Below are positions 31,684 through 44,348 of a stretch of 64,000 nt of DNA, one piece after another. The notes under the pieces were generated by a model that saw only the letters and a list, made by a program, of their open reading frames with translations, was not told where the DNA came from and did not search any database. A program made the position numbers and the translations under genes. This DNA comes from Escherichia coli. Lineage in GTDB: Bacteria > Pseudomonadota > Gammaproteobacteria > Enterobacterales > Enterobacteriaceae. The DNA lies in assembly GCF_036507355.1 (NCBI RefSeq), contig NZ_AP027877.1; one strand, given 5' to 3'. The number at the start of each line of letters is the position of its first letter. Position 1 is the stretch's first letter.

Positions 31684-32741
31684 TGGAGCGCACTATGACT
31701 CAGAAAAATTTCGTTGAACTGCGCAACGTCACTAAACGATTTGGCAGTAATACGGTAATCGACAATATCAACCTCACCATCCCGCAGGGGCAAATGGTGA
31801 CGCTGCTCGGCCCGTCCAGCTGCGGCAAAACCACTATTTTGCGCCTGGTTGCCGGGCTGGAAAAACCAAGCGAAGGGCAAATTTTCATTGATGGCGAAGA
31901 CGTCACCCATCGCTCTATTCAGCAGCGCGATATCTGTATGGTGTTTCAGTCCTATGCCCTGTTCCCGCATATGTCGCTGGGAGAGAATGTCGGTTATGGC
32001 CTGAAAATGCTCGGCGTACCGCGCGCAGAGCTGAAAGCCCGCGTCAAAGAGGCGTTGGCGATGGTGGATGTGGAAGGATTCGAAGACCGCTTTGTCGATC
32101 AGATCTCCGGCGGGCAGCAGCAGCGCGTGGCGCTGGCCCGCGCGCTGATCCTCAAGCCGAAAGTGCTGCTGTTTGATGAGCCGTTGAGTAACCTCGACGC
32201 CAACCTGCGTCGCAGCATGCGCGACAAGATCCGCGAGTTGCAAAAGCAGTTTGATATCACCTCGCTGTACGTCACCCACGATCAGAGCGAAGCCTTTGCG
32301 GTTTCTGATACTGTGCTGGTGATGAACAAGGGACACATCATGCAGATCGGCTCACCGCAGGATCTTTACCGCCAGCCCGCCTCCCGCTTTATGGCGAGCT
32401 TTATGGGCGATGCCAACCTGTTCCCGGCAACCTTCAGCGACGGATACGTTGATATCTACGGCTATCATCTGCCGCGCCCGCTGCACTTTGGTACACAGGG
32501 TGAAGGGATGGTCGGTGTGCGCCCGGAAGCGATCACGCTCAGCGATCGCGGCGAAGAGAGCCAGCGCTGCGTGATCCGCCATGTCGCCTATATGGGGCCG
32601 CAGTATGAAGTGACGGTGGAATGGCACGGGCAGGAGATATTATTGCAGGTCAACGCTACGCGTCTGCAACCGGACGTCGGCGAGCAGTATTATCTTGAAA
32701 TCCATCCGTACGGCATGTTTGTTCTGGCGGATGCGGCATAA
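31683..32741 (+). CDS. afuC: ABC transporter ATP-binding protein, iron(III)-type
   Basis: 352-aa ORF (alternative start MTQKNF at 31695); Walker [10 protein letters not shown], signature [15 protein letters not shown], Walker [12 protein letters not shown]. Confidence 0.85.
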   Translation: MERTMTQKNFVELRNVTKRFGSNTVIDNINLTIPQGQMVTLLGPSSCGKTTILRLVAGLEKPSEGQIFIDGEDVTHRSIQQRDICMVFQSYALFPHMSLGENVGYGLKMLGVPRAELKARVKEALAMVDVEGFEDRFVDQISGGQQQRVALARALILKPKVLLFDEPLSNLDANLRRSMRDKIRELQKQFDITSLYVTHDQSEAFAVSDTVLVMNKGHIMQIGSPQDLYRQPASRFMASFMGDANLFPATFSDGYVDIYGYHLPRPLHFGTQGEGMVGVRPEAITLSDRGEESQRCVIRHVAYMGPQYEVTVEWHGQEILLQVNATRLQPDVGEQYYLEIHPYGMFVLADAA

Positions 32742-32755
32742 CGTTTTGTGGTTTT

Positions 32756-32830
32756 GTAGGCCGGATAAGGCGCTTGTGCCGCCATCCGGCAATGCCTGAT
32801 GCGCTGCGCTTATCAGGCCTACAATGAACG
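32756..32830. repeat. REP palindromic element(s)
   Basis: gtaggccggataaggcgcttgtgccgccatccggca...gcctgatgcgctgcgcttatcaggcctaca between afuC and mmuM. Confidence 0.7.
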
Positions 32831-32849
32831 ATGTAGACCCGATAAACCC

Positions 32850-33782
32850 TCAGCTTCGCGCTTTTAACGCGGCGATATCCGCAGGCGTGGTGCGACAGCA
32901 CCCGCCAATCAACCGTGCGCCAGCGGCCTGCCACTGCGGCAGATAATCCGCCAGCTGCGCGCAATGTTCACCGTGATGATGCCAGGTTTTGCTCACGGCA
33001 TCGTAATGCTCGCCCGAGTTCGGATACACCACCAGCGGCAGCACCGTTAAACCGTGTAAATGCTGCAACGCAGCAGTGGTGTTTTCCAGCGCAATACAGT
33101 TAATGCCTAGCGCCACCACCTGCGGATAACCCGCCAGCAACGCAACCACGTCACGCAGCGGCGTACCGTCGCTCAGGTGTTCGCTGTCGCGCAGGGTAAA
33201 TGAGAACCACGCCCGCGCACGCGGATATGCGGTCAACAGCTCGGCCAACGCCTCAATCTCGGAAAAATTCGGCAGGGTTTCGCAGGCCAGCAGATCGGCC
33301 CCGGCATCCAGCAAGGCTTCCACGCGCGGGCGATGAAACGCCTGAAATGCCTCAACGCTACAATGATAATCGCCACGGTATTCAGAGCCATCCGCCAGAT
33401 ACGCGCCGTAAGGCCCGACGGATCCCGCCACCAGAAGCGTTCCCGCCTGCGGGTTCTCTGCCAGATACGCTTCACGGGCTTTACGCGCCAGCTCCACGCT
33501 TTTGCCAATCAGCGCTTTCGACTGCGCTTCATCCAGACCTCGCGCGGCGAAGCCCGCCGGCGTCGCCTGATAGCTGGCAGTGATCGCGCATTGCGCCCCC
33601 GCCCGGTAGTAATCAAGATGCACTTCGCGGATAAGCTCCGGGTTTTCTACCAGCACTTTGGCTGACCACAGGCTGTCGGCTAAGTTACACCCTCGCGCTT
33701 CCAGCTCCGTCGCCATCGCGCCATCCAGCAGCAGGATATCCTGTTTATCAAGAAGAGCGCGTAACGGATTATTCTGCGACAT
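32850..33782 (-). CDS. mmuM: Homocysteine S-methyltransferase
   Basis: Start [28 protein letters not shown] gives 310 aa; C-terminal zinc-binding GGCCRTTP. Confidence 0.9.
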   Translation of the reverse strand: MSQNNPLRALLDKQDILLLDGAMATELEARGCNLADSLWSAKVLVENPELIREVHLDYYRAGAQCAITASYQATPAGFAARGLDEAQSKALIGKSVELARKAREAYLAENPQAGTLLVAGSVGPYGAYLADGSEYRGDYHCSVEAFQAFHRPRVEALLDAGADLLACETLPNFSEIEALAELLTAYPRARAWFSFTLRDSEHLSDGTPLRDVVALLAGYPQVVALGINCIALENTTAALQHLHGLTVLPLVVYPNSGEHYDAVSKTWHHHGEHCAQLADYLPQWQAAGARLIGGCCRTTPADIAALKARS

Positions 33783-35172
33783 GTTCTGGCTCCTGTTTTG
33801 CGTTTCGGGGTTGAGTAAGGAAATAAGCACCATAGCACAACGCAACAAACGGTAACCCGCACCACAACGCAATTCTCTGCGCTGGATCGAATGCCAGCCC
33901 AACACAGGCCACCAGGCACAGCACAAAACCTAATACTGGCACCAGCGGATACCACGGCGCGCGATAATGTAATTCACTCAATGCCTTACCTTGTTGCAGA
34001 TGACGGCGACGAAAAACAAAATGCGAGGCGCAGATACTCAGCCACACCGCTACCACCGCAAACCCGGAGATTGCCGACAGCGCAACAAATACCGTGTCCG
34101 GGGCCACCACGCTGGAAAACAGCGCCAGCACACCACCGAGCATACTGACCGACAGCGCCGTCAGTGGCACGCCGTTTTTCGTTACTCGCGCAAAACAGGC
34201 CGGTAGCGTACGTTCATTCGACAACGACCACAGCATGCGCCCGGAGGCATATAACCCGGAGTTCGCTGCAGAAAGAATAGCCGTCAGGATCACGAAGTTA
34301 AAAATATCAGCGGCGTACGGGATCCCTACTTTCTCAAATACCAGCACAAACGGGCTTTTCTCCACGCCCGCCTGCTGCATCGGGATCAGCGCTGCCAGCA
34401 CAAACACGGTGCCGATAAAGAAAATAATCAGTCGCGCGATGGTAGTACGAATCGCTACCGGGATAACTTTGCGCGGGTTTTCCGTTTCACCGGCGGCAAT
34501 GCCGATAAGCTCGGTACCCGAAAAAGCAAAGTTCACTGCCACCATAGTCATCAAAATCGGTAAGCCACCGTGCGGGAACCAGCCTTCTGCCGTGATATTA
34601 CTCAGCCCCGGCGCGGGCGAGCCATCCTGCATCGGAATAAAGCCGAAAATCGCCGCCCCACCGAGGATGATAAAGGCGATGATAGTGACCACTTTGACCA
34701 GCGAGAACCAGAACTCCCCTTCGGCAAAAAAGCGCGTGGAGATAACATTCAGACCAAAAATAATCGCGCAGAACACCACGCACCAGACCCATACCGGCAC
34801 CTGTGGAAACCAGTACTGCATACAGAATCCAGCGGCGGTAAAGCTCGAACCCAGCGCCACGGTCCAGGTCAGCCAGTAAAGCCAGGCCACGGTATACCCG
34901 GTAGCCGGACCAAGATAGCGCGCGGCATAAACGTGAAACGCTCCGGTCTCCGGCATCGCGACCGACAGCTCGCCCAGACACTGCATAACCAGCCAGACCA
35001 CCAGCGCACCAATCAGATAGGCCAGCAGCGTTCCCGCCGCTCCAGTGGTGGAAATGATGTACCCGGTATTGAAGAATAATCCTGTGCCAATCACGCCGCC
35101 CAAGGAAAGCATAATCAGGTGACGCGTTTTCATTGTGCGCTTCAGTGGCGCATTTTGTTGTGTTGTTTGCAT
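33769..35172 (-). CDS. mmuP: S-methylmethionine permease, APC family
   Basis: Start [15 protein letters not shown] gives 467 aa; twelve-helix APC transporter; overlaps mmuM start. Confidence 0.9.
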   Translation of the reverse strand: MQTTQQNAPLKRTMKTRHLIMLSLGGVIGTGLFFNTGYIISTTGAAGTLLAYLIGALVVWLVMQCLGELSVAMPETGAFHVYAARYLGPATGYTVAWLYWLTWTVALGSSFTAAGFCMQYWFPQVPVWVWCVVFCAIIFGLNVISTRFFAEGEFWFSLVKVVTIIAFIILGGAAIFGFIPMQDGSPAPGLSNITAEGWFPHGGLPILMTMVAVNFAFSGTELIGIAAGETENPRKVIPVAIRTTIARLIIFFIGTVFVLAALIPMQQAGVEKSPFVLVFEKVGIPYAADIFNFVILTAILSAANSGLYASGRMLWSLSNERTLPACFARVTKNGVPLTALSVSMLGGVLALFSSVVAPDTVFVALSAISGFAVVAVWLSICASHFVFRRRHLQQGKALSELHYRAPWYPLVPVLGFVLCLVACVGLAFDPAQRIALWCGLPFVALCYGAYFLTQPRNAKQEPEHVAE

Positions 35173-35347
35173 ATAACCTTCTAAACGCATGGACATCTAA
35201 ACATCCAAAGAAGGTTTGTTATACCGCGTTTGTTAACAGAATGCAAAGTCAACCCTGCACCAGACGCAGATGCCCGCGCCGGGCGCTTAATAGCGGGTGG
35301 GGATTAATAATCAGATACAAAAAGGGCCGCCAGCTCATAACGCCTCC

Positions 35348-36543
<1,196 letters not shown>

Positions 36544-36649
36544 AAGAGAACGCAACAGCGCACTTGCTTTGCCACAGTTGAATTTTGTGCCGTAACGATG
36601 TGCAAGCATGTAAGCATAAGGAGTCAAGGTATAGCGTGTTACTTAGTTA

Positions 36650-37137
36650 CTCGGATTAACAATCCCAACGTACAGAGCGGCGGATTTACAGAGTCAGCGC
36701 AGTCCCTGCTCCGGCAGTCAGTGGCAGGCGGCGTACTGAAGCAAACCATTATCGATACCGGCATCGGCGATACCATCGGCATGCTGATGTCACACGGCAA
36801 TATTTCTCCCTACATCATGGCGTGGTTGATAACCGTGCTGATCCGTCTGGCAACGGGTCAGGGCGTGGTCTCAGCCATGACGGCGGCGGGGATTATTAGC
36901 GCAGCAATCCTCGACCCGGCAACCGGTCAACTGGTGGGCGTCGACCCGGCGTTGCTGGTGCTGGCAACAGCGGCTGGCTCCAACACGCTGACCCATATCA
37001 ACGATGCTTCGTTCTGGCTGTTCAAAGGCTACTTTGATCTGTCGGTGAAGGATACGCTGAAAACCTGGGGTCTGCTGGAGCTGGTAAACTCCGTGGTTGG
37101 CCTGATAATCGTGTTGATCATCAGCATGATTGCATAA
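36650..37137 (+). pseudogene. GntP-family permease, C-terminal fragment
   Basis: ...[40 protein letters not shown]... matches the GntP C-terminal motif; 5' part replaced by IS5; exact 5' limit uncertain. Confidence 0.5.
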
Positions 37138-37186
37138 CGTTGATACCGCTCTGGCCCACAGCGCCAGAGCGGTTTTCCATCCTGCC

Positions 37187-37879
37187 TCAACAATCCTCAA
37201 TAATCAGATATACCGCCTTCACCGGACCATGCACCCCAACCACCTTGATAAGCTCAATATCCGCCGTCGAGCTGGGTCCACTGATGATATTAATGCACGA
37301 TGGCATACGCTCACCGGCCTGTGCTTTCTGATGCAGTTTTTCTGCCAGCTGCGCCACGCGCGGCAGGATGGTGCTTTTACGCAGCACGAAAATAGAGGAC
37401 TCCGGCAACAGGCTCAGGGAGCGCCCGCGCTCCGGTGCGGAAAACAGCACCACGCCGCCGGACTCGGTCAGGCCATATTCGGCATACACCACGCCGACTT
37501 TCGCCTGCTCGGCCTGGGTAATATTTTCGCTACCACGCGCCGGATCCCAGACCACGGCGTTGCATTCCTGCTGCAAGCGTTCGGTGATGCCCAGCTCCAC
37601 CAGCCGGCTGTCGCCGCTCAGCACCACCGGCTGCTGACCCAATTCTTCGCACAGGCGCAGTGCCGCGTCTGCGGCCTGGTCCTCGCTGGTCAGTTCGCAG
37701 CGGGCCAGCATCACTTCGCTGGCAAACTGGATAAACGCAGAGCAGCGCTGCTCGGGGCTAAGCTCGGTCAGGCGCTCGTTGGCATAGTTGTTAACCGGTG
37801 CGGCATCCGCTTGCGGTTCGAAGCGCAGCGGGCGACCCAGCGCCTGGGCGATGGTGTTTAAAAACGCGGTACGGTTATC
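37187..37879 (-). CDS. lutC: Lactate utilization protein C
   Basis: Start MDNRTAFLNTIAQALGRP gives 231 aa (YkgG length); last gene of the dld-lutABC unit. Confidence 0.85.
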   Translation of the reverse strand, partial: DNRTAFLNTIAQALGRPLRFEPQADAAPVNNYANERLTELSPEQRCSAFIQFASEVMLARCELTSEDQAADAALRLCEELGQQPVVLSGDSRLVELGITERLQQECNAVVWDPARGSENITQAEQAKVGVVYAEYGLTESGGVVLFSAPERGRSLSLLPESSIFVLRKSTILPRVAQLAEKLHQKAQAGERMPSCINIISGPSSTADIELIKVVGVHGPVKAVYLIIEDC

Positions 37880-39302
37880 CATTCTTTTTCTCCTGCGCCT
37901 GATGTTTCTTAAACCAGCTGCGGAAGCTCTCGCCGTCAGCATCAGGCAGATCGCGCGCCTCCATCCAGTCACCAATCGCGCCAACCTTGAGCGGGGTTTT
38001 GCCGCCATTGATAAACCAGCTCGCCGCATGCGCGCCCGCCATCATCCCGACTTTCCACAGCCCCGGATGGCTATTGGCATAGGCGAACATCTTGATCGCC
38101 CGTCGCTCGGCTTTCGGCGTAATGCCCTCCTCGGCCATCACCCGGCGATGACGCAGGATCAGTTTTGACAACGGAATACGCACCGGGCAGACGCTGTCAC
38201 AAGCCGTGCACAAAGAACAGGCGTACGGCAGGTCTTTAAAATCTTTATAGCCGCCGAGCAGCGGAGAAATCACCGCGCCGATAGGGCCGGGATAGATAGA
38301 GCCATAGCCGTGCCCGCCGATGTGGCGGTACGCCGGACAGGTGTTCATACAGGCTCCGCAGCGGATGCAGCGCAGCACATCGCGAAACTCTGAGCCCAGC
38401 ACCTGCGAGCGACCGTTATCGACAATCACCAGATGGAACTCTTCCGGTCCGTCAACGTTGTCCGCCTCACGCGGGCCGGTCAGCCAGGTGTTGTAGCCCG
38501 TCAGACGTGCGCCCACGGCGCTGCGCGCCAGCATGGTAATCAGCACATCCACCTCGGCAAAGGTCGGCGCGATACGCTCCATGCCCATCACCGCAATGTG
38601 CGTTTTCGGTAGCGTGGTGCACATGCGCGCGTTGCCTTCGTTGGTCACCAGACACACCGAGCCGGTTTCCGCCACGGCAAAGTTACAGCCAGTAATACCG
38701 ATTTCGGCACTGAGGAAATCCTCGCGGATCTTCTGACGAATGAACAAGGTCATAGCTTCCGGGGTTTCCGGGCCGTCGTACCCCAGACGTTCGTTCAGCA
38801 CGCGGCGGATCTGGTAGCGATCTTTATGAATCGCCGGAACCACGACGTGCGAAGGCGGATCCTGATCCAACTGCAGGATATATTCCCCGAGATCGGTTTC
38901 GATCACCTGGATTCCGGCATCCTGCAACACATGGTTGACGCCGATTTCTTCGGTCACCATCGACTTGGACTTCACCACCTTCTGCGCATTTTTACTCTGC
39001 GCGACCTGCAAAATGTAGCGAGTGGCATCTTCTTTGGTTTTGGCGAAATAGACGTGTCCGCCGTTTTCCGTCACTTTCTCGGAGAGTTGGTACAGGTAAG
39101 CGTCGAGGTTGCTCAGAACGTGATCGCGGATCTGGCTGGCACGATCGCGCCATTCTTCCCAGTGGCCTAACTCATCGACCATTTTTTGCCGATTCGCGCC
39201 GATACGCTCCTGCGCATTAGCTACGGCTTTGCGCATAATCGGATCTTCTATCTGCTGACGAATACGCAGTTTAAATTCTACATCGCTGGTTTTTATCGAC
39301 AT
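37875..39302 (-). CDS. lutB: Lactate utilization protein B, iron-sulfur
   Basis: 475 aa with two ferredoxin-type Cys clusters (CIRCGACMNTCP, CSLCTACDSVCP). Confidence 0.9.
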   Translation of the reverse strand: MSIKTSDVEFKLRIRQQIEDPIMRKAVANAQERIGANRQKMVDELGHWEEWRDRASQIRDHVLSNLDAYLYQLSEKVTENGGHVYFAKTKEDATRYILQVAQSKNAQKVVKSKSMVTEEIGVNHVLQDAGIQVIETDLGEYILQLDQDPPSHVVVPAIHKDRYQIRRVLNERLGYDGPETPEAMTLFIRQKIREDFLSAEIGITGCNFAVAETGSVCLVTNEGNARMCTTLPKTHIAVMGMERIAPTFAEVDVLITMLARSAVGARLTGYNTWLTGPREADNVDGPEEFHLVIVDNGRSQVLGSEFRDVLRCIRCGACMNTCPAYRHIGGHGYGSIYPGPIGAVISPLLGGYKDFKDLPYACSLCTACDSVCPVRIPLSKLILRHRRVMAEEGITPKAERRAIKMFAYANSHPGLWKVGMMAGAHAASWFINGGKTPLKVGAIGDWMEARDLPDADGESFRSWFKKHQAQEKKNG

Positions 39303-39312
39303 CTCTTTCCCC

Positions 39313-40032
39313 TCAGCGGCTCATCAGCACTTCAGCAATATGCATCACTTTGACCGGCTGGCCTTCCCGTTGCAGTCGACCGCCAATGTTCAGCAGGCAG
39401 CTAACGTCTGCGCCAATCAAAAATTCCGGCTTTGCGTCCATCAGATGTAATACTTTCTCTTTCACCATCTCACCGGATATCTCGGCCATCTTGACCGAGA
39501 ACGTCCCGCCAAAGCCGCAACAGGTATCCTGATCGGCAAACGTCAACAGCTCCAGTCCGCGCACGTTTTTCAGCAGCGTAAGCGGCTCTTCCTTCACTCC
39601 CAGTTTGCGGGTCAGGCTACAGGAAGGATGATACACAGCGCGGCCCTGCAGGCTGGCACCAACGTCCACCACACCCAGTTTGTTGACGATAAAGGAGGTG
39701 AGATCCTGCATACGCGCGGAAACTTTCTCAGCACGCAGCGCCCATTCCGGTTCATCGGCCAGATACGTCGGGTAGCTTTTAACCGCGTAGGTGCAGGAGC
39801 CCGCCGGGGAGATAATCGGATCGTCGTTGTCTTCCAGCGCGGCGATCAGGTTTTTCATCCCGGGAATCGCCTCTTTGATGTAACCGCTGTTGATGGCTGG
39901 CTGACCGCAACACCCTTGCTTCTCGGGGAAATTAACGCGACAACCCAGTTTTTCCAGCAGCAATACGGAGTCTCGTGCCATCCGTGATTTCAGTGCGTCA
40001 CCAATACAGGTGACAAAGAAATTTACATTCAC
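39313..40032 (-). CDS. lutA: Lactate utilization protein A, Cys-rich CCG-domain protein
   Basis: 239 aa with CCG motifs (CCGQPA, CCGFGG). Confidence 0.9.
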   Translation of the reverse strand: MNVNFFVTCIGDALKSRMARDSVLLLEKLGCRVNFPEKQGCCGQPAINSGYIKEAIPGMKNLIAALEDNDDPIISPAGSCTYAVKSYPTYLADEPEWALRAEKVSARMQDLTSFIVNKLGVVDVGASLQGRAVYHPSCSLTRKLGVKEEPLTLLKNVRGLELLTFADQDTCCGFGGTFSVKMAEISGEMVKEKVLHLMDAKPEFLIGADVSCLLNIGGRLQREGQPVKVMHIAEVLMSR

Positions 40033-40106
40033 AATAACTACTCCATTGCTTCATTTCTGTTTATTGCGCTTGATATCGCGATATCAAACAAATGTTCATT
40101 CGTATT

Positions 40107-41804
40107 TCATGCCCAGTTTTTATGTTTGCTGGTTTTACCAATACCTGGGTTCATAGTGTTGGTCGGATCATTTTCCTGATAAAAACGTGCCAAATTTTCC
40201 GGCGCTTTATACAGATGGCCGACATTGTGTTCCGCCGGATATTGCGCTCCGCGTTGGCGCAGTAATTCCAGCATCTGTTCTTTTAACGCGTGGGCATCTA
40301 CGCCTTTTTTAACGATATAATCCTGATGGAATACATGGCACATAAAATGGCCGTAATAGAGTTTATGCACCAACTGACTGTCAATTTCCGTCGGTAAATG
40401 CTCATACCATTCGGTATCATTGCGGCGTAATGGAATATCCAGCGCGAGAATATCCTCAACCTCGTCAGAATGAACAGCCTGATAACGAATGGCAGCACCC
40501 GCGGCGGCAAAACGATGCAGAAACGCCTTACTGCCCTCTTCCGCGGTACAGGTAAAGAACGCGCCCTCGGCCGATTTAAAATAGTCCGTTAACCATGCCT
40601 GGGCTTCGGCCACACCCTCACCGGACATTTTCAACATCAGATGGTGTTCATAGTTATCGCGCCAGGTCTTCATCCGCGCCGGGAGATGGCTCGGGAACAG
40701 ATGGCTAAAAGCCTGCATCGCGCGGTCGGTAAAGTGCGGGCGAAAGATCTTCACCTTCTCAAGTATGGCCTCGGTACGCCCCTTCAGGTTGAAGAAGAAC
40801 GGCATTTTGTCCGTGCCAAGTTTGTCGATCATCAGGAAGGTATCTTTGCTGTATTTCTCTGCAATATCATAGATATCGCGGTGCATATACTCCCCAGCAA
40901 CCGGCAGGTTTGTAAAATTCGCCAGGATGTGGCGGCGAATCTCAGTCAGGACATCAGTCTGATTGGTACCGATATAAAAGACCTGCTGGTTCTTCTCGGC
41001 TTCAAAGGTATCCAGACGTACGGCAAACACCGCTAACTTGCCCGCACAGCCAGAGGATTCAAACAGGCGATCCGGGTCAGCGTTGTAACGTGCTGGCGTG
41101 TCGGCATTGATGTCCCGCACGCGGCTAACATAGTCGTGATCGTGCGCGTGACGCCCGTCATGGTTGACGAGCACGGCTTCAATCGCATTGTTATCCAGCC
41201 GGGCAAGGATTTGCTCTGGCGTCTGACCTAGCTCAATGCCGAGGTGATTGACCAGCTGCAAGCGTCCCTGTTCATCAATACGGGCAAACAGCGACATCTC
41301 GGTATAAGCCGGGCCACGCTGGACCAGAGAACCGCCGGAGTTATTACAGATACCGCCGATAACCGACGCGCCGATGCACGAAGAGCCAATCACCGAATGC
41401 GGCTCACGGCCAAACGGCTTCAGCGCCTTTTCCAGCGAATACAGCGTGGTGCCCGGATAAGCCAGCACCTGCTTACCCTCATCTAGCACATGCAGACTGT
41501 CCAGCCGCAGCGTGCTGATAATGACGATCTCGCGGTCGTAATCATTACCATTGGGCGTCGAACCCTCAGTCAGGCCAGTGTTCGACGCCTGCATCAGGAT
41601 TATTTTATCGGCCTCAACGCAGGCGCTAAGGACTTTCCAGAGTTCAAGCAAAGAGCCGGGGATAACCACCGCCAGAGCATCACCCTGACCCGAGCGAAAA
41701 CCCTTACGGTAACGCGCAGTTTTTGACGGTTCGGTGAGGATATGAGCAGGGCCAACCAATTGGGTAAGAGTTGTCAAAAAGGTCTTATTATCAGTATGTT
41801 TCAT
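40107..41804 (-). CDS. FAD-dependent D-lactate dehydrogenase (Dld-like)
   Basis: ORF 40107..41852; start MKHTDNKTF gives about 565 aa; strongly resembles membrane-associated Dld as I recall it (...ARYRKGFRSGQGDALAVV..., IGSSCIGASVIGGICNNSGG). Confidence 0.85.
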   Translation of the reverse strand: MKHTDNKTFLTTLTQLVGPAHILTEPSKTARYRKGFRSGQGDALAVVIPGSLLELWKVLSACVEADKIILMQASNTGLTEGSTPNGNDYDREIVIISTLRLDSLHVLDEGKQVLAYPGTTLYSLEKALKPFGREPHSVIGSSCIGASVIGGICNNSGGSLVQRGPAYTEMSLFARIDEQGRLQLVNHLGIELGQTPEQILARLDNNAIEAVLVNHDGRHAHDHDYVSRVRDINADTPARYNADPDRLFESSGCAGKLAVFAVRLDTFEAEKNQQVFYIGTNQTDVLTEIRRHILANFTNLPVAGEYMHRDIYDIAEKYSKDTFLMIDKLGTDKMPFFFNLKGRTEAILEKVKIFRPHFTDRAMQAFSHLFPSHLPARMKTWRDNYEHHLMLKMSGEGVAEAQAWLTDYFKSAEGAFFTCTAEEGSKAFLHRFAAAGAAIRYQAVHSDEVEDILALDIPLRRNDTEWYEHLPTEIDSQLVHKLYYGHFMCHVFHQDYIVKKGVDAHALKEQMLELLRQRGAQYPAEHNVGHLYKAPENLARFYQENDPTNTMNPGIGKTSKHKNWA

Positions 41805-42239
41805 GGAGGGCGGCTCTCCGCTCCTTATATCAGGGCCAGTGAAAATGGCCATAAGTTCATTTGTACGACAAAACAGAATATTCCCTCAATCAATATCCAC
41901 ATGCAATACCCCATTTTATTTCTTTCGGCACCGCTCACATTTTTTAATGAAATTACCACTACCACATAATTCATACTCCGTTCTTTTACTGGATGCCAAA
42001 ACGCTTATTTCATTTATTGCAAAGACCATTTCATACCTATTAATGATTAACTCTAATGGGTATTATTATATTTAGTGGTTATTCATATTTAATAAAAAAA
42101 TAACATTATTTATACAATTATTAACCTTTGTAACTTTATTTCACTGAAGCGATTCAGTTTGCATTTTTTATTTTATTATTAAGGTAGCCTCCTTCCCCCT
42201 AAATATAGTTAAGTCTAAAAAAGTAAATCGAGAATTGTA

Positions 42240-43793
42240 ATGCACGAATATTTAATGTTTGCCCTGGCACTCTCTCCTTTGCTGCTGATGGTATTTTTAA
42301 TACTGAAATTAAAAATGCCCATCCATTATTCCGTACTGATCTCTTTGGTATTCACCGCTGCACTATCGGCAATATTCTGGGAAATGCCCACACAGAATCT
42401 GAAAGCCGCGATAGGCTATGGTGCACTGAAGGGACTATGGCCGATCGTAATTGTTATCCTCGGCGCTATCTTCAGTTATAACGTCATGCAGGCGACCAAA
42501 GCGCTGGATATTCTGCGCGATATTCTCGCCAGCATTAGCGAAGATAAGCGTATTCAGGTGCTGCTGATTTCATGGTGTTTTGGTGGATTTCTTGAAGCCG
42601 CTGCGGGCTATGGCACGGCGGTCGCTATTCCGATCGGTATTCTCATTGCGCTGGGATTCAACCCGTTGAAGGCGGCGATTGCTTCCCTCGTAGCAAATAC
42701 CGTTCCGACCGCATTTGGCGCGGTTGGGATCCCAGTTTCTATTCTGGCAGAGCAGGTTAATCTGCCGGTTTATACCTTAGGCGGAACCATTATTTTGCAG
42801 CTCGCGCTGTTTAATATCCTGCTGCCGTTTGTGATTGTCTGCATTATTGGCGGTGGCCTGAAAGCCATTCGCGGCGTATTTCTGATCACGTTGATTTGCG
42901 GCATTTCCACGCTGGTTCCGCAATATTTTGTCGCCATCCATCTTGGCGCGGAATTACCCGCCTTTGCCGGTAGCCTGGTCAGCCTGTTTGCCGTGGCGAT
43001 GGTCAGTCGCCTGCGCAAAGGGAAAACCGATCCCGAGTGGCGCATTGAGGTCAGCCATACCCGCGAAACCACGCCGCGCTCGGCAAAAGTGTTGTTCCGG
43101 GTTGGCTCTATTTATCTGTTTATTTTTGTGTTTATCCTGCTGTGTTCGCCGCTGTTCCCGACAATAAAAAGCGTGGCATCCCAACTGGCTTCGGTGCTGC
43201 ATTTCACGTTGGCTGACGGCAAAACGATGGCGCTGAAAGTTGAATGGGCGACCACACCGGGGATGCTGATCATCTTTGCGACCATTATCGGCGGTTTTAT
43301 TCAGGGAGCGTCCGCACGTGGGATGCTGGAAGTATTTATCAAAACGATTTTCCAGCTTAAAAACTCTATCGTCGCAATTATGGCGATCGTCGCGCTGGCC
43401 ACGGTGATGGATCTCAGCGGGATTATCTCCACGCTGGCCCAGTCGATTGTCGATCTGACCGGCAGCTCGTACGTCTTCCTCGCCCCGGTGATTGGCGCGC
43501 TGGGCACGTTCGTGACCGGCAGCGATACCAACTCGAACATTCTGTTCGGCAAGCTGCAAACCATTGCCGCCAGCAAGTTACATATCGATCCTAACTGGCT
43601 GGCGGCGGCCAATACCTCTGGCGCTACGGGGGGGAAAATGATTTCGCCGCAAAGCATCGCCATCGCAGTTTCTGCCACCAAAATGGACGGTCAGGCCAAC
43701 CAGATTATGTCTGGCACCATGAAATACTGCTGCGCCTACATTGTGATCCTCGGCCTGAAAGTCGGTCTGTTTTATTACTGGTTTATGGCGTAA
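42240..43793 (+). CDS. Lactate permease, LctP family
   Basis: 517 aa polytopic membrane protein; divergent from the dld-lutABC unit across a 390-bp AT-rich region. Confidence 0.8.
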   Translation: MHEYLMFALALSPLLLMVFLILKLKMPIHYSVLISLVFTAALSAIFWEMPTQNLKAAIGYGALKGLWPIVIVILGAIFSYNVMQATKALDILRDILASISEDKRIQVLLISWCFGGFLEAAAGYGTAVAIPIGILIALGFNPLKAAIASLVANTVPTAFGAVGIPVSILAEQVNLPVYTLGGTIILQLALFNILLPFVIVCIIGGGLKAIRGVFLITLICGISTLVPQYFVAIHLGAELPAFAGSLVSLFAVAMVSRLRKGKTDPEWRIEVSHTRETTPRSAKVLFRVGSIYLFIFVFILLCSPLFPTIKSVASQLASVLHFTLADGKTMALKVEWATTPGMLIIFATIIGGFIQGASARGMLEVFIKTIFQLKNSIVAIMAIVALATVMDLSGIISTLAQSIVDLTGSSYVFLAPVIGALGTFVTGSDTNSNILFGKLQTIAASKLHIDPNWLAAANTSGATGGKMISPQSIAIAVSATKMDGQANQIMSGTMKYCCAYIVILGLKVGLFYYWFMA

Positions 43794-43995
43794 ACCATTG
43801 TCAACCCCGTCAAATTCGCGGCAATCGAATTTGACGACATAGTGACCAAAAAGGTTTACACCGCCCCGGGAACGGAACGAGGCAACAGACTTTACGATTT
43901 GTCGGCGCTGACTAAAATAGCGCCGATGTTTCAAATCGAGGATTGTTGTTATGTTGTTCTGGAAAAAGATGGTGAAGAAGTTCGACGCCTTTTCC

Positions 43996-44348
43996 GGTGA
44001 TGCTGCCAACTTACTGATTTAGTGTATGATGGTGTTTTTAAGGTGCTTGCGTGGCTTCCATTTCCATCAGATGTCCTTCCTGCTCCGCTACTGAAGGCGT
44101 GGTGCGTAACGGCAAAAGCACTGCCGGACATCAGCGCTATCTCTGCTCTCATTGCCGTAAAACATGGCAACTGCAGTTCACTTACACCGCCTCTCAGCCC
44201 GGTACGCACCAGAAAATCATTGATATGGCCATGAATGGCGTCGGATGTCGCGCCAGTGCACGCATTATGGGCGTTGGCCTCAACACGATTTTCCGCCATT
44301 TAAAAAACTCAGGCCGCAGTCGGTAACCTCGCGCATACAGCCGGGCAG
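43996..44348 (+). mobile_element. IS1 fragment (left inverted repeat plus insA only)
   Basis: IS1 left end at 43996; IS1 homology ends after ...catacagccgggcagtg, immediately followed by the IS2 end tagactggccccctgaatct. Confidence 0.85.
44051..44326 (+). CDS. insA: IS1 InsA (variant isoform)
   Basis: 91 aa, identical to the insA at 30630..30905. Confidence 0.9.
   Translation: MASISIRCPSCSATEGVVRNGKSTAGHQRYLCSHCRKTWQLQFTYTASQPGTHQKIIDMAMNGVGCRASARIMGVGLNTIFRHLKNSGRSR

Noticed and set aside
37130..38168. Plus-strand ORFs 37130..37861 and 37788..38168 over lutC/lutB
   Set aside because: Antisense to the lut genes; Arg/Ala-rich translations typical of GC-rich antisense frames.
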